Positions 25,622 through 36,647 of a DNA stretch of 64,000 nt are shown piece after piece. Every line of letters begins with the position of its first letter. The stretch's first letter is position 1. A program made the position numbers and the translations under genes. The DNA is from Octopus sinensis (lineage: Eukaryota), in the NCBI RefSeq assembly GCF_006345805.1, contig NC_042997.1, positions 174,964,001-175,028,000 on the forward strand, in the 5' to 3' direction. The notes under the pieces are model-generated. The model had not been told where the DNA came from and ran no database searches. It worked only from the letters and a program-made list of their open reading frames with translations.

Positions 25622-26010
25622 AATGGACATTAAGAAAGCTACATGTTGATCAATTGAGATTCTGCAATGGACTAAGTAGATGAAAATACGTTTTATTTTT
25701 GTTTGTGTGTGTGTGTTAATAATTTTATTTAGATATAATAAAATATAAAAATAAAAAAGTAAATAAACAAATAATAATGATAAAATATTCAGACGAAAAT
25801 AAATAATAATATACAGACAATAAATAAAATAAAATAAAATAAATGAAAATACTAAAAGAATTAAAATAAAAATAAAATAAAAATATATGTAGGTAAAATA
25901 TAAATTCTTTAAAAACTATAGACTAGCTATCTCTATTGAAAAAGAAAATAACTCTGTCAACTTTATAGATGTTAATTTTAATCTTGTAACCAATAGACAC
26001 GGACCATACC

Positions 26011-27391
26011 GAATTTTTAGTTAACCATGCTGGTCTACACAAAGATGGGACGTTACAAAGACAGACAAGGGATTAGGGAGCAAATGATTAACAACGTGAA
26101 GTAAGACATATAGTTAAAAATAAATGAATGATATGAAAATCGAGTGGATTAAAACAGAATGGAGTGAGGAACTCGGCCATCCCCATAAACCATGTACCAA
26201 CACTGAAACTTGGTATTTTCCCTTTTTGTTCTCACTCAAGTAGGTTCATTCACTCTCAAAATGCTCGCAACAATCTTTCATCTTTTCACGAATGCACTTT
26301 GCGACATGCATCTCCTCTCCAGCCTTATTTTCCTTTTCAAGTGGGAAAGGAAAAAGTTAACCAGATGAAGATGCCCGTCACAATACCTTTCGCTCGCATC
26401 TTCCATACTACCTCTTTCGAGATAGCCACTACACAAAAGAAACAAGCCTGCTCTTTACAGTTCAGAGAAGTCAGCGATATAATCTTAATTATAGACTCGG
26501 ATGATACTTGTGCTCTTCCGAGTCGTGACAGCAGCTGCTCGACATAAACCTATAGTTCCGAAATATTCGGGCATTGCACACTTGTGTGCAGAATAGTTTC
26601 TGCCCGCATCCCCGCCCCTCCCGAAAAGCTGGGCGAAAAGCTCGTGAAACACCTTGCACATCTCCTCGGGTTCGTTTACTGAACGCTCATATTGGTCTGT
26701 CAAAGACCTTATTGTGGCAATGCCACGTTGGGTCTCTAACACACAGGCCTATCGGCAACGTTAATTCCCTCTTATCCCATTGCACGTAACTTAACCCTGA
26801 CAATGCATCCTTCGTGTTAAGTTTTGAGATGTTGGTCGAGTGCCAACCTCGTAGCTAAAACTCTGGATGCAGAGCCTGACCTCATTGCCTCTTCTAAAGC
26901 CTTAATTAAAGCCCTTTTCTATTTTATTTCTATTACTAACTAGCTCCTTACTAAATCTAATTGACTCAAATTTAATGGCTCTTTCGAGGGCATACCACCA
27001 TTTGTTGTTAGTAACGGTACCTGTTAATGCCCTCATCACTAACTGCTTAATCAGGTTTCTGTAGGGTTTACAGGCCAAAAGTGACCTGTTTAGCTTCCAT
27101 TAACCGGGTCCCTGTCTACATATACTGAGTCAAACCTACAGGTCACAAATTTGTGATCATTGTAGTTGACAATATGATGTTGTGGACAACTAGCTATTAT
27201 CTTATCTTTAATTCTAACAATGATCCTATCTAGATAAGATCTGGAAGACCCATCGTTTTTCACCCATGTCCACAATGGAACGTCCGGGTGAGCCAGTCTA
27301 TATCGGTCTACCAGCTGAAAATGACTTAGCAGACCGCTGAGGCAAAGGTTTCCCCTCCTATCCGAGTTCGAGCCAACATAACCTACGCGTG
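26011..27391 (-). mobile_element. Tx1/L1-type LINE ORF2 remnant (endonuclease and linker) inserted in the PLE
   Basis: MWTWVKNDGSSRSYLDRIIVR..NDHKFV (APE domain end) and RSLTDQYERSVNEPEEMCKVFHELFAQLF; flanked by AGACACGGACCA direct repeats. Confidence 0.8.
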
Positions 27392-27832
27392 AGACACGGA
27401 CCAGACCTAATATAAATTTAAGGTATATTAATTTTCAAAGTAACCATCCAAAATCAATAAAAAATACTTTAATTTCAAATATAGTAAAAAGAATCTCTTA
27501 CCTTTCGTCTGAGTAATTTTCTATAGAAATATTATAGTAATCTATAGAGATTACTATAATATTGTACTTGAAAAGCGGGGTATAAACATAAGATAGAATA
27601 TTATAGGCCCAATGAATAGAAACGAAATAAAAATAGAGGTGATAAAATGCTAAGTAAAACAATTGTAAATGACAATAAATGGACTGAAACTATAGATAAA
27701 CATGATATAAATAAAAATTATAAATAAACAATGATTATTTAAACCCTATAATAAACAAACATCAATTAAAAAATAAGAATAATGATATTAACACTGGGAA
27801 ATAAATATAAAGTCTAATTATAAATTCACGGA

Positions 27833-28413
27833 ATTCTTTTCTACTCTCGGTACAAGGCCCAAAATTTTGGAGGAGGGGGACAGTCGATTAGATCGACCTC
27901 ATTATGCAACTGGTACTTAATTTATCGACCTCGAAAGGATGAAAAGCAAAGTCGACCTGGGCAGAATTTGAACTCAAAACGTAACGGCAGACGAAATACC
28001 TATTTCTTTACTACCCACAAGGGGATAAACACAGGAGACAAACAAAAACAGACAGACGGATTAAGTCTATTATATCGATCCCAGTGTGTAACTGGTACTT
28101 AATTTATCGACACCGAAAGGATAAAAGGCAAAGTCGACCTCGGCAGAATTTTAACTCAAAACGTAACGGCAGACAAAATACCTATTTCTTTACTACCCAC
28201 AAGGGGCTAAACACAGAGAGGACAAACAAGGACTGACACACGGATTAGGTCGATTATATCGACCCCTGTGCGTAAATGGTACTTATTTAATCGACTCCGA
28301 AAGGATGAAAGGCAAAGTCAACCTCGACGGAATTTGAACTCAGAACGTAACGGCAGACGAAATACGGCTACGCATTTCGCCCGGCGTGCTAACGTTTCTG
28401 CCAACTCGCCGCC
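27833..28413 (-). mobile_element. Three tandem family A SINE bodies inside the PLE ORF
   Basis: Repeated GTCGACCT(C)GGCAGAATTT modules; ATAAATTCACGGAATT is repeated on both sides. Confidence 0.85.
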
Positions 28414-28900
28414 TTGTATAAATTCACGGAATTATAAATTCACGGAACCTAATACTAAATATAAAAATTATAAATACGTAAATAAAAAATCTAGTAAACA
28501 TGAAATTAATACGAATATGAATATCCATGATATAATACTTATAATATTCGTCAAAATAAAATTATATCATATACTCCTAACGAAAATTCTGCTAGATCAA
28601 ATATAAATTATAATTTTCCAGATGAGGTCAATATCATATGGCTGATCATCCCCTTTGGAAAGCAAATCAAAAACAACATAAGCAAATCTCTTCATAGATC
28701 TATTCATAAACATTACAATAAAGATAATAGATATAGTGAAATTATAAATAAAAGTCAACAAGAATCGGTTTCTCTTTATCAAAGAATGTTTTTAGAATTA
28801 TATCTTCAATTAACGACAAAAATACATATTTATATATGTATATAATGTATATATATTTAATTTATATATGTATATAAAATACATTAATTTTTTTTTTAAA

Positions 28901-29490
28901 TCTAGTTTCAGCTCACGAGCTGTGGCCATGCTGGGGCACCACCATTTGGTGTTGCTACATGATTTTACTTCACGAATGCTTTTTAGCAACTGCCATTTGG
29001 TGCATGAGAGAGTTCGATGCAGCTGCCCTCATTTGCACCTCCTGTCGTGAATTTGGTTCATCCGGGACACCTGACAGGAAGAGATCCAGTCCTACTTTAA
29101 AGACATCGGCATCCACCCCATGCAGGTCCCTCAGGTTCTTCGGGAGGATATTGAAGAGCTGTGGGCCTCTGAAGCCCAGGCTATCACAGTATCTTGTCCT
29201 ACATCTTGATGGCAAATTTGGAGTCCTTGGCACCACGCAGTGGCGCCCAGTTCTGGCATTTGTATAACTCTCGATGCCAAAGTTTGGGACAAGTCCTTCC
29301 AGATGTATATTATGGCATATCTTTCTCGCCTACGCTCCAAAGAATAGAGTTTTAATCTCTTGAGTCTTTCTCAGTAGCTTATATGCTGCACAGAGGCTAT
29401 CTTCTTCGTGTAGCTTCGTTGGATCGCCTCAAGTTCTGTGATCAACTTGACACTGGATGGTGACCATAGCTGAGAGCAATATGCAGAGAG
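28901..29490 (-). mobile_element. CR1-type LINE 3' end fragment
   Basis: RERRRERYAIIYIWK and RTRYCDSLGFRGPQLFNILPKNLRDLHGVDADVFKVGLDLFLSGVPDEP; ends in GGTGCCCCAGCATGGCCACAGCTCGTGAGCTGAAACTAGA. Confidence 0.9.
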
Positions 29491-29737
29491 CATATATTTT
29501 TATTTTATTTTTATTTTATTTCTTTTAGTATTTTTATTTTTTATATTTATTTTATTTTTGTCTGAATATTTTTATATTATTTTTTTTCTGTTTTTCTATT
29601 TTATATTTTTTATATATTTTATTATTGTATTTTTTAAAATTACTAACACACACACAAACAAAATAAAGCGTATTTTCATCTATTTAGTCCGTTGGAGAAT
29701 CTCAATTGATCAACATGTAGTTTTCTTAATGACCATT

Positions 29738-29837
29738 GGCCCTGATGATATTTTACTCTCAATTTTCAAAATGCAAACGTATTTTATTCTATAGGTTTGT
29801 AATTTGTATTGAGTGTGAATTGAAACAATTGTAGGCC
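29738..29837 (+). ncRNA. Type I hammerhead ribozyme with long stem II, in the 3' pseudo-LTR
   Basis: GGCC-CTGATGA (29742-48); extended stem II; GAAA 29822-25; ACAATTGT palindrome; GUA site at 29833; GGCC. Confidence 0.72.
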
Positions 29838-30807
29838 TTATTTAAAATGTTAATAAATTCATTTATATCCACGAAATCTCTCCATTTTGTTACTTGATAT
29901 TTGATATTTATAATATACCTATTTTTATATTCAAGAGATATTTCTCAACAATATAATATATTAAACCAGTGTAACTTGGATAAAACCATCCCTATAAGAG
30001 GTTAATATATCCTTGTAGTGACTGAACACACACACACACACACCACACACACACACACATATATATATATTATATATATATATATGTATGATACGAACAA
30101 TGATTATTTAAACCCTGGTGGTGTTGGTGGTGGTGGTGGTGGTGGTGGTGGTGGTGGTGGTGGTGGTGGTGAAGATGATGATGATGACGAGAAGGATGTT
30201 GATAATGCTGTCACGTGTGGGACGAGTCCGGTTGTCAGCCAAGTCTATCGTAAATATTGTCCTGCCACCTTCCTTAAACCGGGAAGGCAAATTAGTTTTC
30301 ATCGTACTGGTGGCTATGGTGAAAGAATGTGTATGGTGGACTCGTTTGAAAGGTTTAGAGACAAATACTTTCCTTTCTGGCCAACCTCTCATCAAATTTT
30401 TCAAGTATAACTTGAAAAGGAAAGTAAGAGTAGAGAGGGAAGTTTTGTCTTTAAATAAAAGGTGGGTGCATGTAACAAAGATGGTACACATGAATAACGG
30501 AACCACCTTGTGCATGATTCTACAAAACAAAGAGCGAAAGAGCGCTTTGCTCTCATATTGTTATCCCTTTTTCCGAGGTTACTGTGACTTTTTTCGTAGG
30601 TTTCTCTCTCCGCGGATAACTTTAGTCAGTGTTATATTTTCTCACCCTTTTGGGGAATTTAAATTATTAAAAACGACACCTTGTTATCTACTTGTTTACA
30701 CGCCCCAAAGCGTCTTTAAATCCCTATTGATCGGTTTTGAAAAGGAAATTTCTACATTGCATTGTCTCCTCTGTGTTCGGCGCTGCGTGGCTAAATAAAG
30801 AAACATA

Positions 30808-31792
30808 CGAGGGACGTTCAATAAGTAATGCCTCTGACCCACTTCCAGGTGTTTGATGTAGCTGAAATTTTGCATGTGCAATTACTTATATCTCTATAGA
30901 TTAGGTGGCAAATTACAGCTCTGAACTAATTATGGTTTCTGATTTACAGGTGTTTGAACCGAGTCAAGTGTGAAATGGAGCCTGTTGAGTGTCGAGCAGT
31001 GATCCGGTTTTTGTATTTGAAAGGACGCACACCACGGGAGACTTTTGATGAAATGAAAGTAACATATGGTGATGATGCCCCATCATATGACCTTGTAAAA
31101 CGCTGGCATCGTGAATTCAAACATGGTCGAGACTCTGTGGAAACAGCTCCCAGATCTGGTCGACCCCCTTCTGCCATTGATGAGGCATCTGTCCGTCAAG
31201 TTGAGGCTGCCATTTTGGAAGATCGACGCATAACTATTCGCCAAATAGCCCATGAGGTCAAGATTAGTACCGGGTCTGTGGAAACTATCATTCATGACCA
31301 TTTGCATATGCAAAAGGTGTCTGCCAGATGGATTCCCAGGCTGCTCACACCTTTCCAGAAGCAAGAACGCGTCGAGTGCTCGAGGATGAATTTGGAGACG
31401 TACCAAGAAGATGAGTCAAACTTCTTCAAAAGTCTGATTACACAGGATGAAACATGGGTCCATCACTATGATCCAGAGACCAAAGCCCAGTCAATGCAGT
31501 GGAAGCACCGTGACTCACCTCCTCCAAAGAAGGCAAGGGTGCAGCCCTCTGCTGGCAAGGTCATGCTCACAGTCTTCTGGGACCAGGACGGAGTAGTGAT
31601 GACAGATTTCCTGGATGGAGGACCAAGCTGGGGTCTTTTACAAAAACGGTCTCCAGAGCCGGATCAAACGATGGGAGAATTGCTTAACTCTGAGTGGTTC
31701 CTATGTAGAAAAAGACCAATAACTGTGCCAAGTTCCGTTGCTCTACTGGTATGGTAAGTGGGTCAGGGGCATTACTTATTGAACGCCCCTCG
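30808..31792 (+). mobile_element. Mariner (irritans-like) element, 985 bp, internally deleted
   Basis: TIRs CGAGGGRCGTTCAATAAGTAATGCC and TA duplications at 30806-07 and 31793-94; transposase ORF from ATG 30975. Confidence 0.95.
30975..31757 (+). CDS. Truncated mariner transposase (DNA-binding domains and first catalytic Asp, then frameshift)
   Basis: RAVIRFL..WHREFKHGRDSVETAPRSGRP..ARWIPRLLT..ITQDETWVHHYDPETKAQSMQW..KVMLTVFWD; HDNA and YSPDLAP motifs are absent. Confidence 0.85.
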   Translation: MEPVECRAVIRFLYLKGRTPRETFDEMKVTYGDDAPSYDLVKRWHREFKHGRDSVETAPRSGRPPSAIDEASVRQVEAAILEDRRITIRQIAHEVKISTGSVETIIHDHLHMQKVSARWIPRLLTPFQKQERVECSRMNLETYQEDESNFFKSLITQDETWVHHYDPETKAQSMQWKHRDSPPPKKARVQPSAGKVMLTVFWDQDGVVMTDFLDGGPSWGLLQKRSPEPDQTMGELLNSEWFLCRKRPITVPSSVALLVW

Positions 31793-31795
31793 TAT

Positions 31796-31834
<39 letters not shown>

Positions 31835-31899
31835 AATTTTTTGCATAATAAGATAAAAAGTCAAGGCTGTGTAGATATTTGAGCATTTATAGATAGAAG

Positions 31900-31950
31900 G
31901 TCTTACAGCTGTTTCTAGGATATTATTAATTATATCCCTTCATTGGAGAC
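31900..31950 (-). ncRNA. Hammerhead-like motif with degenerate core CCAATGA
   Basis: GTCT-CCAATGA-A-GGGATAT(AATTAATA)ATATCCT-A-GAA-ACAGCTGT-A-AGAC. Confidence 0.6.
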
Positions 31951-32098
31951 GGTGTGAGAGTATGGTTAAGTCATAGTTAGTTTAGATATGATACAAAATA
32001 GAGACTGAGGTGGAGGAAAGAAAATAGATGCAAGATATGTATGGGTATTGAAGTTGTAAGTCCATTTTTTAGGCATAACGATATATATGCAATATTCC

Positions 32099-32129
<31 letters not shown>

Positions 32130-32139
32130 TATATATATA

Positions 32140-32274
32140 ATATATCCATCTATCTATCCGTCAATCTATCCTTCTACCTATTTACCTATTTATCTGTCTA
32201 TCCATCTATCTATACACCTATCTATCTATCCATCTATCTATCCAGCTATCTACCTACCTATCTAGGATCTACCT

Positions 32275-32339
<65 letters not shown>

Positions 32340-32504
32340 ACACCTATCTATCTATCCATCTATCTATCCAGCTATCTACCTACCTATCTAGGATCTACCT
32401 TCTATCTACCTATCTATCTATCCAGCAATCTATTTATCTATCTATCCATCCATCCATCTGTCTATCTATCTGTCTAGCTGTCTATCTGTCTTTCTATCCA
32501 TCCA

Positions 32505-32577
<73 letters not shown>

Positions 32578-32578
32578 A

Positions 32579-32609
<31 letters not shown>

Positions 32610-32610
32610 A
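32140..32610. repeat. (TCTA)n tetranucleotide array
   Basis: Directly visible. Confidence 0.95.
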
Positions 32611-32839
32611 CAGATATATATACACATATGTGTGTGTGTGTATGTATTTGTGTGTACATTATGCCTATATGCGCCTATGTGCATTTGTGTGTATACGTAT
32701 AATTGGTTGTCACTGCTCTATTCAGCTGTCTCAAAACGCCATAAACACCAACAGTACGTTAGAAAGAGAATCAGGGAGGAGATAGGGGTTAATATCTGTA
32801 CTGGATTCCTTCGACATCTTCATCATTACTATGTGAATT

Positions 32840-34286
32840 ATGACGATGATGATGATGATGCTGATGACGATGATGGTGACTGCGACGAGGGCGGCGACGG
32901 CGACGACGATGACGATCGTGATTATTATGGCAATAACGAGAATCAAGATCATGATGATCGTCATCATCTTGTTCGTCCTGATTAATGACGATGATGACTG
33001 TGATGATGTGATTATTGATGGCTCTAATGATTATAGCATTGTACATAATCATAATGGCTCTGGGACGATGGTTGTGATGATAACGAGGGCCAATGGCGAT
33101 AGCGATGTTGGTGGTGGTGGTGGTGGTGGTGGTGGTGGTGGTGGTGGTGGTGGTGGTGGTGGTGGTGGTGGTGGTTGATGGTGGTGGTGGTGGTGCCAGT
33201 GGCGGTAATGGTGATGGTGGTGGCGGTGATAATGGTGGGTGTTGTTGTGGTGATGATGGTGGAGGAGGCGGAGGAGGAGGAGGAGGAGGAGGAGGAGGAG
33301 GAAGAGGAGGGGAAGAGATGACGGTGGTGCAACAGTAGTGGAAGCGGCGGCAGCAGCGGTGGTGGTGGTGATGGTGAAAATGATGAAGATGATGATGACG
33401 AGGAGGATGTTGGTAATGGTAACGATGGTAGTGGTGGTGGTGGTGGTGGAGGGAGAGGAGGAGGAGGAGGAGGAGAGGAGATGACGGTGGTGTGCAACAG
33501 TAGTGGAAGCGGCGGCAGCAGCGGTGGTGGTGGTGATGGTGAAAATGATGAAGATGATGATGACGAGGAGGATGTTGGTAATGGTAACGATGGTAGTGGT
33601 GGTGGTGGTGGTGGAGGAGGAGGAGGAGGAGGAGGAGGAGGAGATGACGGTGGTGTAACAGTAGTGGAAGCGGCGGTGGTGTAGTGGTGGTTAAGATGAT
33701 GAAGATGATGATGACGAGGAGGATGTTGATAATGGTAACGATAGTGGTGGTGGCGGTGGTGGTGGTGGTGGTGGTAGTAGTAGCGGTAGTAGCAGTGGTA
33801 GCTATAGTATTTACTGATGATGACGTTCACGGTGACAATGACAACGATGACGAGGAGGGGAGGGGGAGGAGGAGGAGGAGGAGGAGGAGGGCAAGGAGGA
33901 GATCATTGAAAAGAATTGTGAGGAGAAAGAGGAACAGCGGAGGTTCGAATTGAGGGGGAACAGGCGAAAGAGAAGTAAAAAGCTGGCGAAATTAGTAGTG
34001 AGCGCTTGGTATTGGTACTGGAAAGCTAGTCGTGACGGCGGCAGCGGCAGGGCTGGTGGTGGTGGTGGTTGTGGTGGTTGTGGTGGTGGTGGTGGCGGCG
34101 GCGGCGGCGCTGGTGATGGTGGCGGCGGCGGCAGTACTGGTGGTGGTGGTTGTGGTGGTAGTGGTGGTGGCGGTGGCGACAGTGCTGGTGGTGCAGGCGG
34201 CGGCGGCGGCGGCGCTGGTGGTGGTGGCGGCGGCGGCGACAGTACTGGTGGTGGTGGTGGTGGTGGTTGTTGTGTGTGGTGGTAGT

Positions 34287-34324
<38 letters not shown>

Positions 34325-34500
34325 TGGTGTGGTGGTGGTGGTGGTGACGGCGGCGGCGGCAGCGCTGGTGGTGGTGGTGGCGGCGGCGGCAGCGCTGGTG
34401 GTGGTGGTGGCGGCGGCGGCAGCGCTGGTGGTGTTGGTGGCGGCGGCGGCGGCAGCGCTGGTGGTGGTGGTGGTGGTGGTGGTGGTGGTGTAGGTGGTTA
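32840..34500. repeat. Mosaic trinucleotide low-complexity tract (GAT, GGT, GGA, GGC)
   Basis: Directly visible; includes a 163-bp higher-order repeat. Confidence 0.9.
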
Positions 34501-35210
34501 TGGCGGCGGCAACGTCGGTCTCAACGAAAAGAAAGCCGTATCAGCGACGGTGGTGTGTAACTGAAAACCAATTAACGAACAATTAATGAATAGTTTTGAA
34601 TAGACATGTATCTTGTGGTTCTTATATGTCTTATGTCCAACGTCTCTAAGTGTCTAATGACTACAGTTTGATTAACGTAAATAATTCACTCAATCAACTT
34701 CCACTGCTAATTATACTGGCAGTAGGCGGAATTAACGTGGACACAGCCGCAAAGTCGCAAATCAGTAATGAACAGAAAGAGCGATGAAGCATCGATCAAG
34801 ATTGTTGCTTCCAGCAAGGTCATTATGAAGTAGGACGGTGGTTTGTATCTGCCAAGTGTATTCGATATGATTATGTACAACCAGAGCGCTAGGGAATGGA
34901 GTAAGATAACCAGTTCTGTTAGTGCAGTAATTATTAACCTTCTTCTGCTGAATCGTTATGAAGTCGGGAAAAAATAATCGTATTTTTTCCCGCTTATTTA
35001 TATTCTGAGTTCAAATTCCACTGAGGACAGCTTTGCCTGATATACTTTGTGAAGGCGCTGGCGAACTGGCAGAATCGTTAGCTCGCCGGACAAAATGCTG
35101 AGCAGCATTTCTTCTGGCTCTACATTCTGAGTTCAAATTCCACTAACCCCACTTCTCTCTGCCCAAAATTTCAGCTCTTTCACTGTATGGTCTTTTGATT
35201 AAATACTAGT

Positions 35211-35575
35211 GGCACTCCGTCGGTTACGACGACGGGGGTTCCAGTTGATCCTATCAGCGAAACAGCCTGCTCGTGAAATTAACGTACAAGTGGCTGATCG
35301 CTCCACAGACATAGTTCTCGGGGAGATTCATCGTGACACAGAGTGTGACAAGGTTGGCCCTTTGAAATACAGGTACAAGAGAAACAGGAAGAAAGAGTGA
35401 GAGAAAGTTGTGGTAAAAGATTTCAGCAGAGTTCGCCACCATCCCCTGCCGGAGTCTCGTGGAGCTTTATGTGTTTTCACTCAATAAACACTCACAACAC
35501 CTGGTCTGGGAATCGAAACCACGATCGTACGACCGCGTGTCCGCTTCCTTAACTACTGGCGCATTGCACCTCCAC
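35211..35575 (-). mobile_element. tRNA-derived SINE, family D (GGAGG.GCAATG.CCCAGTRGTTAGG head)
   Basis: Head and AAACACCTAAAGCTCCACGAGGCTCCGGCAGGGG body are shared with 50880-51188 and 54653-55016. Confidence 0.85.
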
Positions 35576-35732
35576 TGATTATATATATATATAAATTATA
35601 ATTTAGGGTATCTAAGAGATACCGCCACGCTGGAAATAACAGCCAAAACCTGACTCTAAAACCACATTAAATGTTCATACAGCACCAGGAGAGAAGACAA
35701 AAAGACAAAATAAACTAGCAAAAGATTACTGG

Positions 35733-35795
35733 ATAATTCCAGATCCTGGATTTCTGACTTTGTATAAGAAATGCTTTGCCTCTTCAGTGGAATAT
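35733..35795 (-). ncRNA. Type I hammerhead ribozyme motif
   Basis: ATTCCA-CTGAAGA-GGC...GTC-A-GAA-ATCC(A)GGAT-C-TGGAAT; 6-bp stem I, AUC site. Confidence 0.68.
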
Positions 35796-35813
35796 ACGCA
35801 GAAAGTAACATAA

Positions 35814-35886
<73 letters not shown>

Positions 35887-36042
35887 ATATATATATATAT
35901 ATATATATATAACATACGAATACTTACAGATACGAACGTACTCACACACTCGACCCATTCACACATACACACTCACACACACAAACACACCACACATATA
36001 AGCAGCTAGGCGCAATAAGATACCATAATGGAAAACCTATAT

Positions 36043-36420
36043 TGCAAGATATAAGAGTTAAAAGTTCTTAATGTTGTAATATATATATGCACTGACAGGG
36101 AAGATAACCGCCTCATGAGCGTCTATAGGATCACTAGACTAGACTAGTTTCGCTTATCAGTCGTAGTCTCATTAGTAGTGATTACTCAAACGCCCAATCG
36201 TTTGGCCATAAATTTTTTTGGTAAAAATATATATACTGACAGCCGAATTTAACCAAACCATCGAGCGTTTGAGCAATCAATACTGACGAATTTGCGACTG
36301 AAAGGCGAAACTGGTCCAGTGATCTTAGAGATGTTCATTGGGCTGTTATCTCCCCCTGTCAGTGTATATATATTTCGCACTTCTTACAGCATTAAGAGCT
36401 TTTAACTCTTATTTCTTGCA
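36043..36420. repeat. Old diverged inverted repeat, each arm carrying a hammerhead-like motif
   Basis: Arms share TTGCAAGA.ATAAGAGTTAAAAG, CACTGACAGGG.AGATAAC and CGTTTGAG.AATCA.TACT.A.GA; motifs at 36130-36182 (-) and 36275-36325 (+). Confidence 0.8.
36130..36182 (-). ncRNA. Hammerhead-like motif with G5-to-A core (CTAATGA)
   Basis: ATCACTA-CTAATGA-G..C-GAA-ACTAG(T)CTAGT-C-TAGTGAT; perfect 7-bp stem I and GUC site. Confidence 0.6.
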
Positions 36421-36430
36421 ATTACACACA

Positions 36431-36517
<87 letters not shown>

Positions 36518-36647
36518 TATATATATATATATATATATATATACGTAAGTCGTCTAAGAGACCATAAGTCAGGGAAAAAAATACACTCGTGTATCAGTCA
36601 GTTGAATGGGTATATTATCCGAAATGTATAGTATTAAATATCCATCA

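Larger units (their letters stand above)
25460..29890 (+). mobile_element. 5'-truncated Penelope-like element: inverted pseudo-LTR, RT/thumb/linker ORF remnant, 3' pseudo-LTR
   Basis: 25460-25890 is the reverse complement of 29490-29890. ORF pieces read KFFKNYRLAISIEKENNSVNFIDVNFNL..GPYR (25900-26010), RPNINLRYINFQSNHPKSIKNTLISNIVKRISYLSS (27403-27515) and IIWLIIPFGKQIKNNISKSLHRSIHKHY..RIGFSLSKN..IISSIN (28630-28820), recognisable PLE motifs (VNFLDV, YIxxxSNHP, IIWFNPP). Confidence 0.85.

Noticed and set aside
30209-30805. Possible solo LTR (TGTCACG...AATAAAGAAACA)
   Set aside because: It has TG..CA ends and a poly(A) signal, but no matching target duplication or second copy in the window.
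33024-34493. Long Pro/His/Ser-rich (-) and Gly/Val-rich (+) ORFs
   Set aside because: Trinucleotide repeats lack stops in several frames on both strands; no splice or start context supports coding.
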